From IMG/VR virus record IMGVR_UViG_3300017917_001996, positions 186,290 to 250,289 of that record: a DNA stretch of 64,000 bases. One strand, 5' to 3'. Of this stretch, positions 37,735-47,556 are shown piece after piece. The position numbers were made by a program, and so were the translations under genes. Positions within the stretch are counted from its first letter, which is position 1. Every line of letters starts with the position of its first letter. The notes under the pieces were generated by a model. It did no database searches. It had not been told where the DNA came from and saw nothing but the letters and a program-made list of their open reading frames with translations.

Positions 37735-39267
37735 ATGCGAGATCTAATTAATATCATCACTGAATCACGTGGGCTTGGCGCACGTAAACCTGGCGAGGAG
37801 TTTGTTAATACAACTAACCCCGAAGACAAAATCTTTATTAAAAGCGTGAGCTTTTACCCTGAAGATCGAGTTGCCTATGGTTCGTATGAAGAAATGGCCG
37901 CGGCGCTACAGAAAATTGTTAACGCTATCCCTAACGCCTATGTTGATTTAATTGGTAAATTTACTAACAAGGATCTAGCATTTGGTATTGCTATATTCTC
38001 TCGTCCTGGCTCGCAGGATCTAGCATTTGTAAAACCATACCGCGCAGTTAAGCCGGACCCAACACAAAACGCCTGGGATAATCAAACGGGTATTCCCGGT
38101 TTTAGATATAACAGTAAATCGGCAGCTAAAACACAAGCAGGTATGACACCTCAGGATGTGTTAACCAAGCTGTCTGACCTAACTGCACAAGAAGTAGTAG
38201 ACCAAGTTCACGCTAAGTTTGGATCAACAAGTCCGTTGACTAAGTTTGCACAGTCTATTGCAGCAGGACAAAAACTTCCTATTGCTATTCCTGCAGATTC
38301 CACCATGAGCTTCTCGGCGTTTAGAGATTACTTCTGTGAACTCATGCATCCTATTGCACTACAGACAGGTAACTACAAAGGCAATGCTGGCGAAGCTGCC
38401 AGTAAGTTTTTAGGTGTTGGTGGTTTTGCTGAAACATTGATTAGTTTTGGTTCAGATAAGACCGAAGGACTCAGTGACAGTATTTTGATATCCGACACTG
38501 GCAAGAAAATTAAAGTAAGTAGTAAAGGTGCAGTTGGCGCAGAAGCCAGTAGCAAGAACGTTCTTGATGCTATCAATGAACTACAAGACTCTGATCTTAA
38601 TAAAAAACACGCAGAAGTTATTGACTTGGTAAGAGACGTAGTTAAAGGTGGCCAAGGTGGTGCTCCATTGATATTGGGTGTTCGTTACAAAATCATTGGT
38701 ACCGAGGATGCACAAGACATACAAAACTTTAAAAAACTTCCTCCGACTAACTTGGATGCAGTTGCTCAGATGAAATTGAGCCCAAAATTAAAAAAGTTAA
38801 TTGAAGAAAGAAACACAAACACACCTGAAAATTTAAATTTGTATTTTCACAGCATAGCCGCAGTAGCACATAAGGTCGCAGAATATGTTAACGAAAATAC
38901 TAATTTCAGCCAGGCAGTTAGCGAGATACTAAACAACGGTGCTTTGGTCCAAGTTTACACCAAAGCCACAGAATCACCTACAGAATGGACAGTACAATCG
39001 TTTACAACCGTCTGGCCTAGCAATACAGTTACTGGTGTTAAGTTCAGCGCCAGCAAAACCTACTACAGTACAGGCATCAAAGGCAACTTTACATTTAAAA
39101 TTCTACGTAACGGTGCTAAAGACGTAGAGGATGAGCGTTCTACAGATGTAGCTATGCAATCCAAAGAGCCTGTGGCTACACCTGGTGTGCTTACAGGAAA
39201 ACGCACCGAGATACGACCAACTCGTGACAAAAAACCCACAGGAGATGTGGGCAGAGAAAAAAGATAA
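37735..39267 (+). CDS. Putative internal head protein, possible PD-(D/E)xK fold
   Basis: TAAATA-N6-ATG; MRDLINIITE; LSDSIL...IKVSSKG. Confidence 0.5.
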   Translation: MRDLINIITESRGLGARKPGEEFVNTTNPEDKIFIKSVSFYPEDRVAYGSYEEMAAALQKIVNAIPNAYVDLIGKFTNKDLAFGIAIFSRPGSQDLAFVKPYRAVKPDPTQNAWDNQTGIPGFRYNSKSAAKTQAGMTPQDVLTKLSDLTAQEVVDQVHAKFGSTSPLTKFAQSIAAGQKLPIAIPADSTMSFSAFRDYFCELMHPIALQTGNYKGNAGEAASKFLGVGGFAETLISFGSDKTEGLSDSILISDTGKKIKVSSKGAVGAEASSKNVLDAINELQDSDLNKKHAEVIDLVRDVVKGGQGGAPLILGVRYKIIGTEDAQDIQNFKKLPPTNLDAVAQMKLSPKLKKLIEERNTNTPENLNLYFHSIAAVAHKVAEYVNENTNFSQAVSEILNNGALVQVYTKATESPTEWTVQSFTTVWPSNTVTGVKFSASKTYYSTGIKGNFTFKILRNGAKDVEDERSTDVAMQSKEPVATPGVLTGKRTEIRPTRDKKPTGDVGREKR

Positions 39268-39276
39268 CCGTTTTAG

Positions 39277-39305
39277 TTGACCTGATCTATAACTAGTGCT
39301 ATTAT
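39277..39305 (+). promoter_or_regulatory. Sigma70-type promoter
   Basis: TTGACC-17-TATTAT with extended TG. Confidence 0.7.
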
Positions 39306-39335
39306 TATGGTGTATTAACTCCATATAGGATCACT

Positions 39336-39557
39336 ATGTTGAAACCCAGCCATATTCGTACTCCCCGTACTCTCTCCGAATGCTACTTTTCTGCCGGTGA
39401 TTCGACTATCGAACCTGCAATGTGGGGAAGTCGGTGGAATTCTGGTCTTCCACCAAAGAAACGTTTTATACTTAATAACCTGTCTGCGCTTTCTTCTATT
39501 GGTATAGGACTAGTTGTTATTGTTGCGGCATCTCTGTTAATGACCAATCTTAAATAA
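39336..39557 (+). CDS. Small membrane protein
   Basis: AGGA SD; C-terminal hydrophobic helix. Confidence 0.7.
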   Translation: MLKPSHIRTPRTLSECYFSAGDSTIEPAMWGSRWNSGLPPKKRFILNNLSALSSIGIGLVVIVAASLLMTNLK

Positions 39558-39566
39558 GGATCAAAA

Positions 39567-39716
39567 ATGTTTGAATCAATTGAAATCCGCCGTGCGGCTA
39601 ATGGCTTTATCCTAGTCATTACTACCGAAGACGAGACCAAAGAATATGTCTACGACACTAGTCGTAAAACACTTAAAGTCCTCAAGGACTACCTGGAGTC
39701 AAAGTCTGCCCAATGA
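39567..39716 (+). CDS. Small hypothetical protein (49 aa, not in ORF track)
   Basis: AAGGA SD; MFESIEIRRAANGFILV; ATGA overlap with next gene. Confidence 0.75.
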   Translation: MFESIEIRRAANGFILVITTEDETKEYVYDTSRKTLKVLKDYLESKSAQ

Positions 39717-40435
39717 ACCAATATGCATTTTTAGTAACCAGTGCTATTAATACCAAATTTGGTATCTTTAATAGTGAACAAAGACTTGAGCAAACTCTTG
39801 CTACTATTGCTAGCATAAAATCTCGTGTACCCGGTGCTAAGATTATCCTAGTTGAAATGGGAGCTATTCCCTTGACTGCAGAACAAACTCAAAGTCTTAG
39901 TAAAGAGGTTGATCGAGTTCTAAGTTTTAACAGTGATCAAACTGTAATTGATCTTTTTAATAGCACTGACAATTGGGATGTTGTAAAAAACGTTACTGAG
40001 GTAATGTGTTTTGGTCAGGCATTGGCCACTTTAACTAATCACACCGACGTTCTTGATGGAGTACAGCGAGCTTTTAAAGTTAGCGGTAGATATACTCTTA
40101 CTGACGACTTTGACATTAATTACTACAACCAGTATAATGTTCAGCATCATATTGTAGTTAGTCAGGCTAGATCTAGTCAGTTTCCTTATAACGTCACTGG
40201 CGTTGAACGTCAGTACATGAGTAGGCTATGGAGTTGGCCGATTTCTCTTACATCGGAAATACTTGATGTGTACACCCATGGTCTTGTTTATATGCAAGAG
40301 CGTATTGTCAACGGTGGCTACTGCGATATTGAACACATGCTATATAAATTCCTAGATCACAATAAAATTATAGAAAAGGAACTGGTAGGTATTTGTGGTA
40401 ATATTGGACCCAACGGTGCCGCAGTAAAAGATTAA
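39713..40435 (+). CDS. Glycosyltransferase-like hypothetical protein
   Basis: FLVTSAI..RLEQT..TIASI..IILVE, FKVSGRY, DIEH; located in GT cluster. Confidence 0.5.
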   Translation: MNQYAFLVTSAINTKFGIFNSEQRLEQTLATIASIKSRVPGAKIILVEMGAIPLTAEQTQSLSKEVDRVLSFNSDQTVIDLFNSTDNWDVVKNVTEVMCFGQALATLTNHTDVLDGVQRAFKVSGRYTLTDDFDINYYNQYNVQHHIVVSQARSSQFPYNVTGVERQYMSRLWSWPISLTSEILDVYTHGLVYMQERIVNGGYCDIEHMLYKFLDHNKIIEKELVGICGNIGPNGAAVKD

Positions 40436-41197
40436 ATGAATCCTTATATTAACGAACAAGACTGGAATAAGCTGCACGAACAATTTCAAACAGCACAGCC
40501 TTTTAGGCATGTCGTCATTGATAATTTTTTTAAACCTGAAGTTGCACAACAGTTATTTGACGAATTTCCAAACTATAATAGTGATGTTTGGAATGCACAT
40601 TACAATAATCCGGTAGAAAACAAAAAGGCCTGCGATCATTGGACTAAATTTCCTCCGATGACCTATAGGGTCTTTAATTTTTTTTGCGGGCGTGAGTTTA
40701 CGCACACTGTAGAACAGATCACAGGGCATCCTGAAGTGCTTCCTGATATTGGTCTACACGGCGGCGGCTGGCATGCTCATGCTAAAAGTGGCAAGTTAAA
40801 CATACACTTAGATTACAGTATTCATCCTAAACTCAAACTAGAGCGCCACTATAATCTAATTGTATATCTTACTCCAAATTGGAATTCCAGTTGGGGTGGC
40901 GGCCTTGAGTTTTGGTCACACAATCATGAAACTAATCAGCCCTTGCAGTGTGTTACTACAGTTGAGAATAAGTTTAATCGTGCTGTGATTTTTGATACAA
41001 CACAAAATTCATGGCACGGCTTACCCGAGGATTTAATTTGCCCTGATGATCAAATACGACGTAGCCTAGCTATGTATTATGTAACAAATCCTGAGACCAA
41101 TGCCCCTGACCGCCTAAGAGCCAAATTTGCTCCGTATCGAGAGCAGAATCAAGACCAAGAAATTTTAGACTTTATTGAAAAGAGACAAAAACTATGA
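40436..41197 (+). CDS. 2OG-Fe(II) oxygenase (prolyl-hydroxylase-like)
   Basis: HLD...WHG...RRSLA; PFRHVVIDNF. Confidence 0.88.
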   Translation: MNPYINEQDWNKLHEQFQTAQPFRHVVIDNFFKPEVAQQLFDEFPNYNSDVWNAHYNNPVENKKACDHWTKFPPMTYRVFNFFCGREFTHTVEQITGHPEVLPDIGLHGGGWHAHAKSGKLNIHLDYSIHPKLKLERHYNLIVYLTPNWNSSWGGGLEFWSHNHETNQPLQCVTTVENKFNRAVIFDTTQNSWHGLPEDLICPDDQIRRSLAMYYVTNPETNAPDRLRAKFAPYREQNQDQEILDFIEKRQKL

Positions 41198-41814
41198 ACG
41201 AAACTAGTAAAGCATTAATCCGTAGGCTTAACGACTCTCGTTATGCTAGTACATATTTCCGAGGTAACGGAATTGATATTGGTGCAGGGGACGATTCCCT
41301 TGGGCGTTATCAACAACAGTTTCCTTTGATTGAATCGGTTCGTGCTTGGGATATTCCCGATGGTGATGCCCAGTTAATGGAAAGTGTTGTAGATAATACT
41401 TACGATTTTGTACACAGCAGTCATTGTCTTGAACATTTAAATAATCCTTTTGAAGCATTTAAAAACTGGATTAGAATTTGTCGTCCCGGCGGACATATTA
41501 TTACTACAATACCCGACGAAGATCTTTATGAACAAGGTGTGTTTCCTAGCACATTTAATAATGATCATAAGAGTTCATGGACCATTCTTAAAGGTAAGAG
41601 TTGGAGCCCTGTAAGCGTTAATGTTATTGAACTTCTTTATCAATTCCGTAACGAGATTGAAATCTTAAAGATTGAATTAGTTAATGGTAGTTTTAACTAC
41701 AACCAGCCGCGCTACGATCAAACTCTTTATGGAATTAGCGAATGCGCCATTGAATTCATTGTTAGAAAGCGCCCACAGTCAGAAATTGATCGTCTAGGAA
41801 GACTACCCGAATGA
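41194..41814 (+). CDS. Class I SAM-dependent methyltransferase
   Basis: IDIGAG, YDFVHSSHCLEH, RICRPGG. Confidence 0.88.
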   Translation: MNETSKALIRRLNDSRYASTYFRGNGIDIGAGDDSLGRYQQQFPLIESVRAWDIPDGDAQLMESVVDNTYDFVHSSHCLEHLNNPFEAFKNWIRICRPGGHIITTIPDEDLYEQGVFPSTFNNDHKSSWTILKGKSWSPVSVNVIELLYQFRNEIEILKIELVNGSFNYNQPRYDQTLYGISECAIEFIVRKRPQSEIDRLGRLPE

Positions 41815-42641
41815 AAGACATCACTATTGTAGCCGTTGACACTTATGCACACGATCTGACTCGTTGTGCTATAGAACGTACTCTAGAAGAAATACCTTGT
41901 CGAGAAGTTCTAGTATTCAGCGACAAAAACATTTTTCCTGATGGTCGCTGGATCGATATTAATCCTATTGACATAGTTGGTTATAATACTTTGATGGTTA
42001 AACATTTATGGCCTTTTATTCGTACCGAACATGTACTAATTGTTCAGTACGACGGACTGGCTGTGAATTCCAATAATTGGACTGATGACTTTTTAAACTA
42101 TGATTATATCGGCGCAATCTGGCCCTGGGATCACCACCCTCCTGAATATAAGGTGGGCAACGGCGGATTTAGTCTGCGTAGTCGAAAATTGATTGAAGCC
42201 TGTAAGAATCATGACATGGCATTAACTAACAAGCTGCCCATGTACGAAGATTTGTATATCTGTGTGCACTACAAGAAGTACTTAGAAAGCCAGGGTATCC
42301 GTTATGCCGACATAAGTACAGCTAAAAAGTTTAGTCATGAGCACCATCCTGGTTACCAAGATACTTTCGGGTTTCACGGCACATTTAATGTTCCGTACTA
42401 CTTAGACGATCAGTATTGTGAAAAGTTTATTGAACTGTTACCAGGGTGGACTAGCGAGGGCGTTCTTTTAATGGTAGCACATTGTTTCCAGGCAGGGAAA
42501 TTTGAATTAGGTAAACTTGCACTAGAACAAGGTCGCCGAAAAACAGATAACTTTGATTCTCGTGTTAGACAGATTTTAACACAACATTCTAGCCAGTTTA
42601 ACGGCGAAGATTTTCAAACAATTTATCGACACTTAAAATGA
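41811..42641 (+). CDS. DUF5672-like putative glycosyltransferase
   Basis: LIVQYDG, YDYIGAIW, VGNGGFSLRS, FGFHG. Confidence 0.8.
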   Translation: MKDITIVAVDTYAHDLTRCAIERTLEEIPCREVLVFSDKNIFPDGRWIDINPIDIVGYNTLMVKHLWPFIRTEHVLIVQYDGLAVNSNNWTDDFLNYDYIGAIWPWDHHPPEYKVGNGGFSLRSRKLIEACKNHDMALTNKLPMYEDLYICVHYKKYLESQGIRYADISTAKKFSHEHHPGYQDTFGFHGTFNVPYYLDDQYCEKFIELLPGWTSEGVLLMVAHCFQAGKFELGKLALEQGRRKTDNFDSRVRQILTQHSSQFNGEDFQTIYRHLK

Positions 42642-43525
42642 CAAGAACAAGTATATTAGTTAATAGACAAGGTGCAAGCGGCGATGTACTAATGACATCG
42701 CCTATTGTTCGTAAGTTGCATCAAGACTACCAAGGTAACTGCGACATTGATTTTTCTGTATGGCATGAATGTGCTCCGATGATCGAAAAGAATCCTTACA
42801 TTAGGAAAGTTCTTCACACAAAACCTACAGAAGATTTAATTGCACAGTATGATCGTTATATTGACTTAGATCTAGTCTACGAACGTAACCCAGAAATTCA
42901 TGCTGTTGATGCTTATGCACTACACGCCTTTGGTACTACAGACTTTGATCGAAGTTTAGAATTGCACACCGACAGCGCCGATCAAGAAGTTGGCAACAAG
43001 TTCCAAGAGATTCTCGGAGGCAATTACATTGTGTTACATCAGCGTCGTTGGGCATGGCCAAGTAGAAACATTGACCCTGACATGTGGGCACAAGTAGTTA
43101 AACAAATACTTGAAAATACTTCGGTATATATTGTACAGGTTGGTCAGGCACACGAACCTTGTTTTACTGATCATCCGAGATTAATCGATGCTCGGGGACA
43201 ATTTACTGTACACGAACTCAAAGAAGTTATTGGCAAAAGCAAATTATTCATGGGTGTCGACTCTGCACCCGGGCACATTGCGGCTGCAACCGAAACTGAT
43301 ATGTTGCTATTGTTCACCAGTGTGCGCGAAGAATATCGCAGACCCCTGCGTTCGAAAGGGCAATTTGTTCCTATCATTCCCGACATTGATTGCTACGGTT
43401 GTCATGCCAAGAACCCTGCACCGTGTACAACATTTATTTGTCACCGTGGTGATGTGGACTGCGTAAATAAGTTTAACTCGGAAGACATTGCACAACGAGC
43501 AATTGAATTAATAAACGCACAATGA
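42638..43525 (+). CDS. GT9 (heptosyltransferase-family) glycosyltransferase
   Basis: [26 protein letters not shown]-terminal Cys cluster. Confidence 0.85.
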   Translation: MTRTSILVNRQGASGDVLMTSPIVRKLHQDYQGNCDIDFSVWHECAPMIEKNPYIRKVLHTKPTEDLIAQYDRYIDLDLVYERNPEIHAVDAYALHAFGTTDFDRSLELHTDSADQEVGNKFQEILGGNYIVLHQRRWAWPSRNIDPDMWAQVVKQILENTSVYIVQVGQAHEPCFTDHPRLIDARGQFTVHELKEVIGKSKLFMGVDSAPGHIAAATETDMLLLFTSVREEYRRPLRSKGQFVPIIPDIDCYGCHAKNPAPCTTFICHRGDVDCVNKFNSEDIAQRAIELINAQ

Positions 43526-44661
43526 GATTCCATATTCTAGGATTACCTCACACGGTAACAAACAAAGCATACAATGCCTGTGCATACACACAGAAGGTTT
43601 GGAAATTTGGTAAAATGATGAAAGCTCGAGGGCACGAGATTATTCATTACGGGCACCCTGACAGTGACGTTATCTGCGACGAACATGTTAATGTTATTAG
43701 CAACCAAGATTTAGAAATTGCCTATGGTAATTACGATTGGCGTCGGAACTTTTTTAAGTTTGATGTTAACGACCATGCTTACCAGACATTCTATAAAAAT
43801 GCTATTCGTGAAGTTGGCTTACGTAAAAAGAAACACGACTTTATCTTGCCGTTCTGGGGTTCCGGGCATAAACCAATCTGCGACGCACATCCTGACCTAA
43901 TTACTGTTGAGCCTGGTATTGGGTATGCCGGTGGACATTGGGCAAGGTTTAAGATATTCGAAAGTTATGCGATTTATCATGCATATTATGGTTTAGATGC
44001 AGTAGGTAGATGTAAACAGGACTGGTATGACGTTGTTATTCCTAATTATTTTGACCCTGATGATTTTGAATATGCACCTGAAAACAAAGAAGATTATTTC
44101 TTGTTTGTGGGTCGAGTATATGACGGTAAAGGTGTAAATGTTGCTATTCAAGCAACAGAAGCGATTGGCGCTCGATTAAAGATTGCCGGTCAAGGTAGTT
44201 TACAGGATATGGGATATCAAGAAATCCCCAAGCATGTAGAATTTATTGGTTATGCTGATATCGAAACTCGTCGACAGTTAATGAGTCGGGCACGAGCCGC
44301 ATTTGCACCTAGTATGTATGTAGAACCATTTGGCGGTGTGCAAATTGAAATGTTAATGTCAGGTACTCCTACAATCACCACAGATTGGGGTAGTTTCTCT
44401 GAAAATAATATTCATGGATTAACTGGTTATCGGTGCCGTACATTTGAACATTTTAAATGGGCTGCACAGAATATCGGTAATATCAAACCAGAAAACTGCC
44501 GTGCTTGGGCCATGGATAATTTTAGTTTAGATCGCGTGGCTAAAATGTATGAGGAGTATTTTCAGTCAGTATTAAATATATACACTGGAAAAGGTTGGTA
44601 TGAGTCAAATGATAATCGAAAAGATTTAGATTATCTAGGTAGATTTATTCCAAAAATGTAG
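43522..44661 (+). CDS. GT4 glycosyltransferase
   Basis: [18 protein letters not shown]...GTP. Confidence 0.88.
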   Translation: MRFHILGLPHTVTNKAYNACAYTQKVWKFGKMMKARGHEIIHYGHPDSDVICDEHVNVISNQDLEIAYGNYDWRRNFFKFDVNDHAYQTFYKNAIREVGLRKKKHDFILPFWGSGHKPICDAHPDLITVEPGIGYAGGHWARFKIFESYAIYHAYYGLDAVGRCKQDWYDVVIPNYFDPDDFEYAPENKEDYFLFVGRVYDGKGVNVAIQATEAIGARLKIAGQGSLQDMGYQEIPKHVEFIGYADIETRRQLMSRARAAFAPSMYVEPFGGVQIEMLMSGTPTITTDWGSFSENNIHGLTGYRCRTFEHFKWAAQNIGNIKPENCRAWAMDNFSLDRVAKMYEEYFQSVLNIYTGKGWYESNDNRKDLDYLGRFIPKM

Positions 44662-44672
44662 GAGATAATATT

Positions 44673-44837
44673 ATGTCGTTTAGAGCCTGGTTACAAGAAA
44701 TGTGGTATCTTCATGTAATTGAAATAGAACAATGGACCGGGCGAGAACCGACATATAACAGTCAAGATTATTTTCAACGTAATAAATGGTGGTTAAGACA
44801 AGCATTTAGACAGTGGCAAAATCGAGAAATTTTGTAA
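44673..44837 (+). CDS. Small hypothetical protein (54 aa, not in ORF track)
   Basis: AGGAG SD; MSFRAWLQEMW...KWWLR. Confidence 0.7.
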   Translation: MSFRAWLQEMWYLHVIEIEQWTGREPTYNSQDYFQRNKWWLRQAFRQWQNREIL

Positions 44838-44893
44838 TACTTTTTGTGTACTAAAACCCTGTTCTTGACAGGGTTTTATTTTGGCAGTATAAT
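44833..44893 (+). promoter_or_regulatory. Early promoter element copy 1 (inverted repeat across -35)
   Basis: TTGACA-17-TATAAT; AAAACCCTGT/ACAGGGTTTT. Confidence 0.8.
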
Positions 44894-44899
44894 TAGGGC

Positions 44900-45247
44900 A
44901 TGTCCAACAAGGAGATGCTGATGCAAACTACATACCTCGACACTAAAGAAGCACCTAACAAGTGGTTTGCTCTGCAAGATCGTCGTATGCGTAATCACGC
45001 AAATCGTACACTGTACACCGATGCCCAACAAGTTCGCCTTGAGCGCATTCGCCTTGCCCTGGAGATGGTTGTGCGCGGTACTGTTTACGAAGTTGCATAC
45101 GGCCGTCGTAGCGCATCTGTAAAAGTACAAAACGGTGCAATCATTGCAGATCGTAAAATGTTGGCCTTGCTCGAATCAGACTGGAGTAAGGAAGGTATCA
45201 CCAAGAAAGAAACACCGCAAGGTTTTCAATATCACATGCCTCTTTGA
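44900..45247 (+). CDS. Hypothetical early protein
   Basis: After promoter; alternative start 44921 with AAGGAG SD. Confidence 0.75.
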   Translation: MSNKEMLMQTTYLDTKEAPNKWFALQDRRMRNHANRTLYTDAQQVRLERIRLALEMVVRGTVYEVAYGRRSASVKVQNGAIIADRKMLALLESDWSKEGITKKETPQGFQYHMPL

Positions 45248-45257
45248 AAGTTAAATT

Positions 45258-45593
45258 ATGCCTTGTATGAACTACGACGACTCCTGGCGAGATAACTGGC
45301 ACGACAGAGCAAAAATTACAGCACTATCAGAAATTACCAATAGGGTCTCTCGGGTCGCCTGCCGGGCACTTCGTGCCTTGGAACAAGGTACTAAAATCGA
45401 AGATGTCCTTAAAGATAAGGAAACTCGAGATTGGTGGGCCGCCCACAAGAAAGCCGACGACGCACGTATTGCTAAGGAAGAAAAAGCCAAGCAAAAACAG
45501 CTCGAGCTCACAGAAGTTAAAAAGCAAGCTATTGCCAAATTGACCGACGAAGAGCTTGAAGCATTCGGCTTACGCAAAGATAAGAAGAAATAA
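45258..45593 (+). CDS. Hypothetical protein (paralogue of the next gene)
   Basis: WW...KLTDEELEAFGLRK. Confidence 0.75.
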   Translation: MPCMNYDDSWRDNWHDRAKITALSEITNRVSRVACRALRALEQGTKIEDVLKDKETRDWWAAHKKADDARIAKEEKAKQKQLELTEVKKQAIAKLTDEELEAFGLRKDKKK

Positions 45594-45594
45594 C

Positions 45595-45933
45595 ATGGAA
45601 GAATCGCAACAAATTCCTGGTCTCGAAGACGATATTGTTGATGCTATTATCAACGGTGTCGGTAGTGGCTACATGGGTAAGTCTGAACGAGTAGCCAGAA
45701 AAGTCATGATCGAACTTCTACGTGCAGAACGAGCAGATTTCCTTTTACTGCGAGATGGCGAAGTCCAAGAATGGTGGGGTTCTGTATATAGTGGCATTCG
45801 TAAAAAGATTGACGCATATAGAGAAAAGGTTCGTATTTACGAAGTCAAACTCAACGCATATAATCGACTTACCGCTCAAGAGCGTAAATCTCTTGGTATT
45901 AGAAAACCCACTAAACCTAAGGCAGAACTATGA
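45595..45933 (+). CDS. Hypothetical protein (paralogue of the previous gene)
   Basis: WW...RLTAQERKSLGIRK. Confidence 0.75.
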   Translation: MEESQQIPGLEDDIVDAIINGVGSGYMGKSERVARKVMIELLRAERADFLLLRDGEVQEWWGSVYSGIRKKIDAYREKVRIYEVKLNAYNRLTAQERKSLGIRKPTKPKAEL

Positions 45934-46109
45934 AACATGTAATCGAAACCCTTGAATCTAAAAACATTTACGATGTTTATTTTGCTAATGGTAAATTGTT
46001 TTTCCTTAATGAATGGGATGAGGATTCTATTCGCCGATTAATGAAAGATATTGCACCCGAGCTTAAAGAAACCGATATTGAATTAGATAGTCCAGAAACT
46101 AATTATTGA
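45930..46109 (+). CDS. Small hypothetical protein (59 aa, not in ORF track)
   Basis: ATGA overlap; MKHVIETLES. Confidence 0.65.
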   Translation: MKHVIETLESKNIYDVYFANGKLFFLNEWDEDSIRRLMKDIAPELKETDIELDSPETNY

Positions 46110-46134
46110 CACTGCTCTAGCTTAGTGCTACAAT
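46106..46134 (+). promoter_or_regulatory. Sigma70-type promoter
   Basis: TTGACA-17-TACAAT with extended TG. Confidence 0.8.
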
Positions 46135-46158
46135 GCAGTTTTACACACAGAGGTCAAG

Positions 46159-46494
46159 ATGAAAGTTGTTCGCGAAACTACTGTTTGGAATCCTCCTGCC
46201 CCTAACGGCAACCATACATATTTTGTCAATGACTCAATGACGCAGATGGTTGCCTACATTCGAGCTGGCACTCGCAAGAAGGTTACCTTTAGTAAACCAA
46301 TAACCTTTGACCGACGTGGTCGTACCTTTGTTGTTGTCAAGAACGTCGAAGATGAAAAGGAAAGCATCCGAGTCGAAGGTAGCAAAGGGCAAGTGTATAG
46401 TCTAACCAAGCATGATGGCCAATGGCGTTGCAGTTGCCCTGGTCATGTGTACCGGGGTACCTGCAAGCACCTAAGCCTTGCGCCTAAGGAATAA
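46159..46494 (+). CDS. SWIM zinc-finger protein
   Basis: VEGSKG..Y...CSCPG...CKH. Confidence 0.8.
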   Translation: MKVVRETTVWNPPAPNGNHTYFVNDSMTQMVAYIRAGTRKKVTFSKPITFDRRGRTFVVVKNVEDEKESIRVEGSKGQVYSLTKHDGQWRCSCPGHVYRGTCKHLSLAPKE

Positions 46495-46496
46495 TT

Positions 46497-46736
46497 ATGG
46501 AAAAATGTTCAACCTGCAGAAAAGATATAGACCCAAATTGTGATTACAATCAAGGACGGTGTCCGCATCGTCCTGCCACTACTACTGTTGAAAAAATTAA
46601 ATCAGTAATGGCTTGGATCATTGTGGTTTTATCTGCAATTAACATATACCTTTACTGGGGAACTTCGGATGCCGTATATGCCTGGATTGTGGCATTTGTT
46701 GGCTGGTTAAATGTTGCATTTTGTAAAGGAAAATAA
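46497..46736 (+). CDS. Small membrane protein with Cys-rich N-terminus
   Basis: CxxC...CPH followed by two hydrophobic segments. Confidence 0.65.
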   Translation: MEKCSTCRKDIDPNCDYNQGRCPHRPATTTVEKIKSVMAWIIVVLSAINIYLYWGTSDAVYAWIVAFVGWLNVAFCKGK

Positions 46737-46903
46737 TGGAAGTACAACCTAAAGATACTAGCCGCGGACATTTTTATGTTAGCCTTGTAAAAAGTTTTAT
46801 TCGAATAGGAGCAGGTTGCTGGCTAATGGCAGGAAATTTGCTAATGGCAGGGGTATGTCTTATCCTAGCAGAAGTGTTAGGAATCGTTGAGGAATTGGTT
46901 TAA
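46736..46903 (+). CDS. Small membrane protein (55 aa, not in ORF track)
   Basis: AAGGA SD; TAATG coupling at both ends; HFYVSLVKSFIRIGA. Confidence 0.7.
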   Translation: MEVQPKDTSRGHFYVSLVKSFIRIGAGCWLMAGNLLMAGVCLILAEVLGIVEELV

Positions 46904-47556
46904 TGAATTTTTCAAATGTCTTTTTAGATTTTCACTCGCCAAAGGTAGAAAAGCGTTCAGTTGAATTGCCTAATTCGGTAAATCGAAGACTGCTTATGAG
47001 CAACGTTTTCGGCGCCAAATTAGCAAAGTTTCTTGATCTATCAATGGATGGTGGCCCCTGGCTTGCAGGCGGTGCCGTTCGCAAAGTACTACTTGGCCAA
47101 ACAATAGGGCAGTCTGATTGGGACATTTGGTTTAAATCTGCAGAGCAGTTTAGTCGCGCCGAAACTCTTATGCATCAACTAGGTGCTTCGGTTGCACACT
47201 CGTCTGAAAATGCAATATCTTTTAAATGCGAATACGATGGGACCTTTCACAATGTTCAATTGATTCGTCGTAGGTATTTTGAGCGTCCAGAACAAGTTAT
47301 TGGACAGTTTGATTTTACTATTTGTCAGTTACTAACAGACGGCAACACTATACTAATGGGCGATGATACCGCCCTGGATCTTGATTCTAAGACAATACGT
47401 TTAGGGTCGTCACCTATGCAGAACTATGTAATTTCTAGGTTAATCAAATACATGGTCTACGGTTATTACCCAAGTCAAGAACTCATTGAACACATCGAGT
47501 CGCAATCGGTTAATATTAATTGGACAGAGGGTCAACATGACTACGACGCAAGCTGA
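46903..47556 (+). CDS. Pol-beta-superfamily nucleotidyltransferase (class II CCA/poly(A) polymerase head-like)
   Basis: LAGGAVR..DWDIWF..VQLI..FDFTICQ. Confidence 0.8.
   Translation: MNFSNVFLDFHSPKVEKRSVELPNSVNRRLLMSNVFGAKLAKFLDLSMDGGPWLAGGAVRKVLLGQTIGQSDWDIWFKSAEQFSRAETLMHQLGASVAHSSENAISFKCEYDGTFHNVQLIRRRYFERPEQVIGQFDFTICQLLTDGNTILMGDDTALDLDSKTIRLGSSPMQNYVISRLIKYMVYGYYPSQELIEHIESQSVNINWTEGQHDYDAS

Noticed and set aside
40436-41197. Oxygenase as a classical collagen prolyl-4-hydroxylase for the 62789 fibre
   Set aside because: The visible collagen has Pro at X rather than Y, so canonical 4-hydroxylation is not supported; substrate left open
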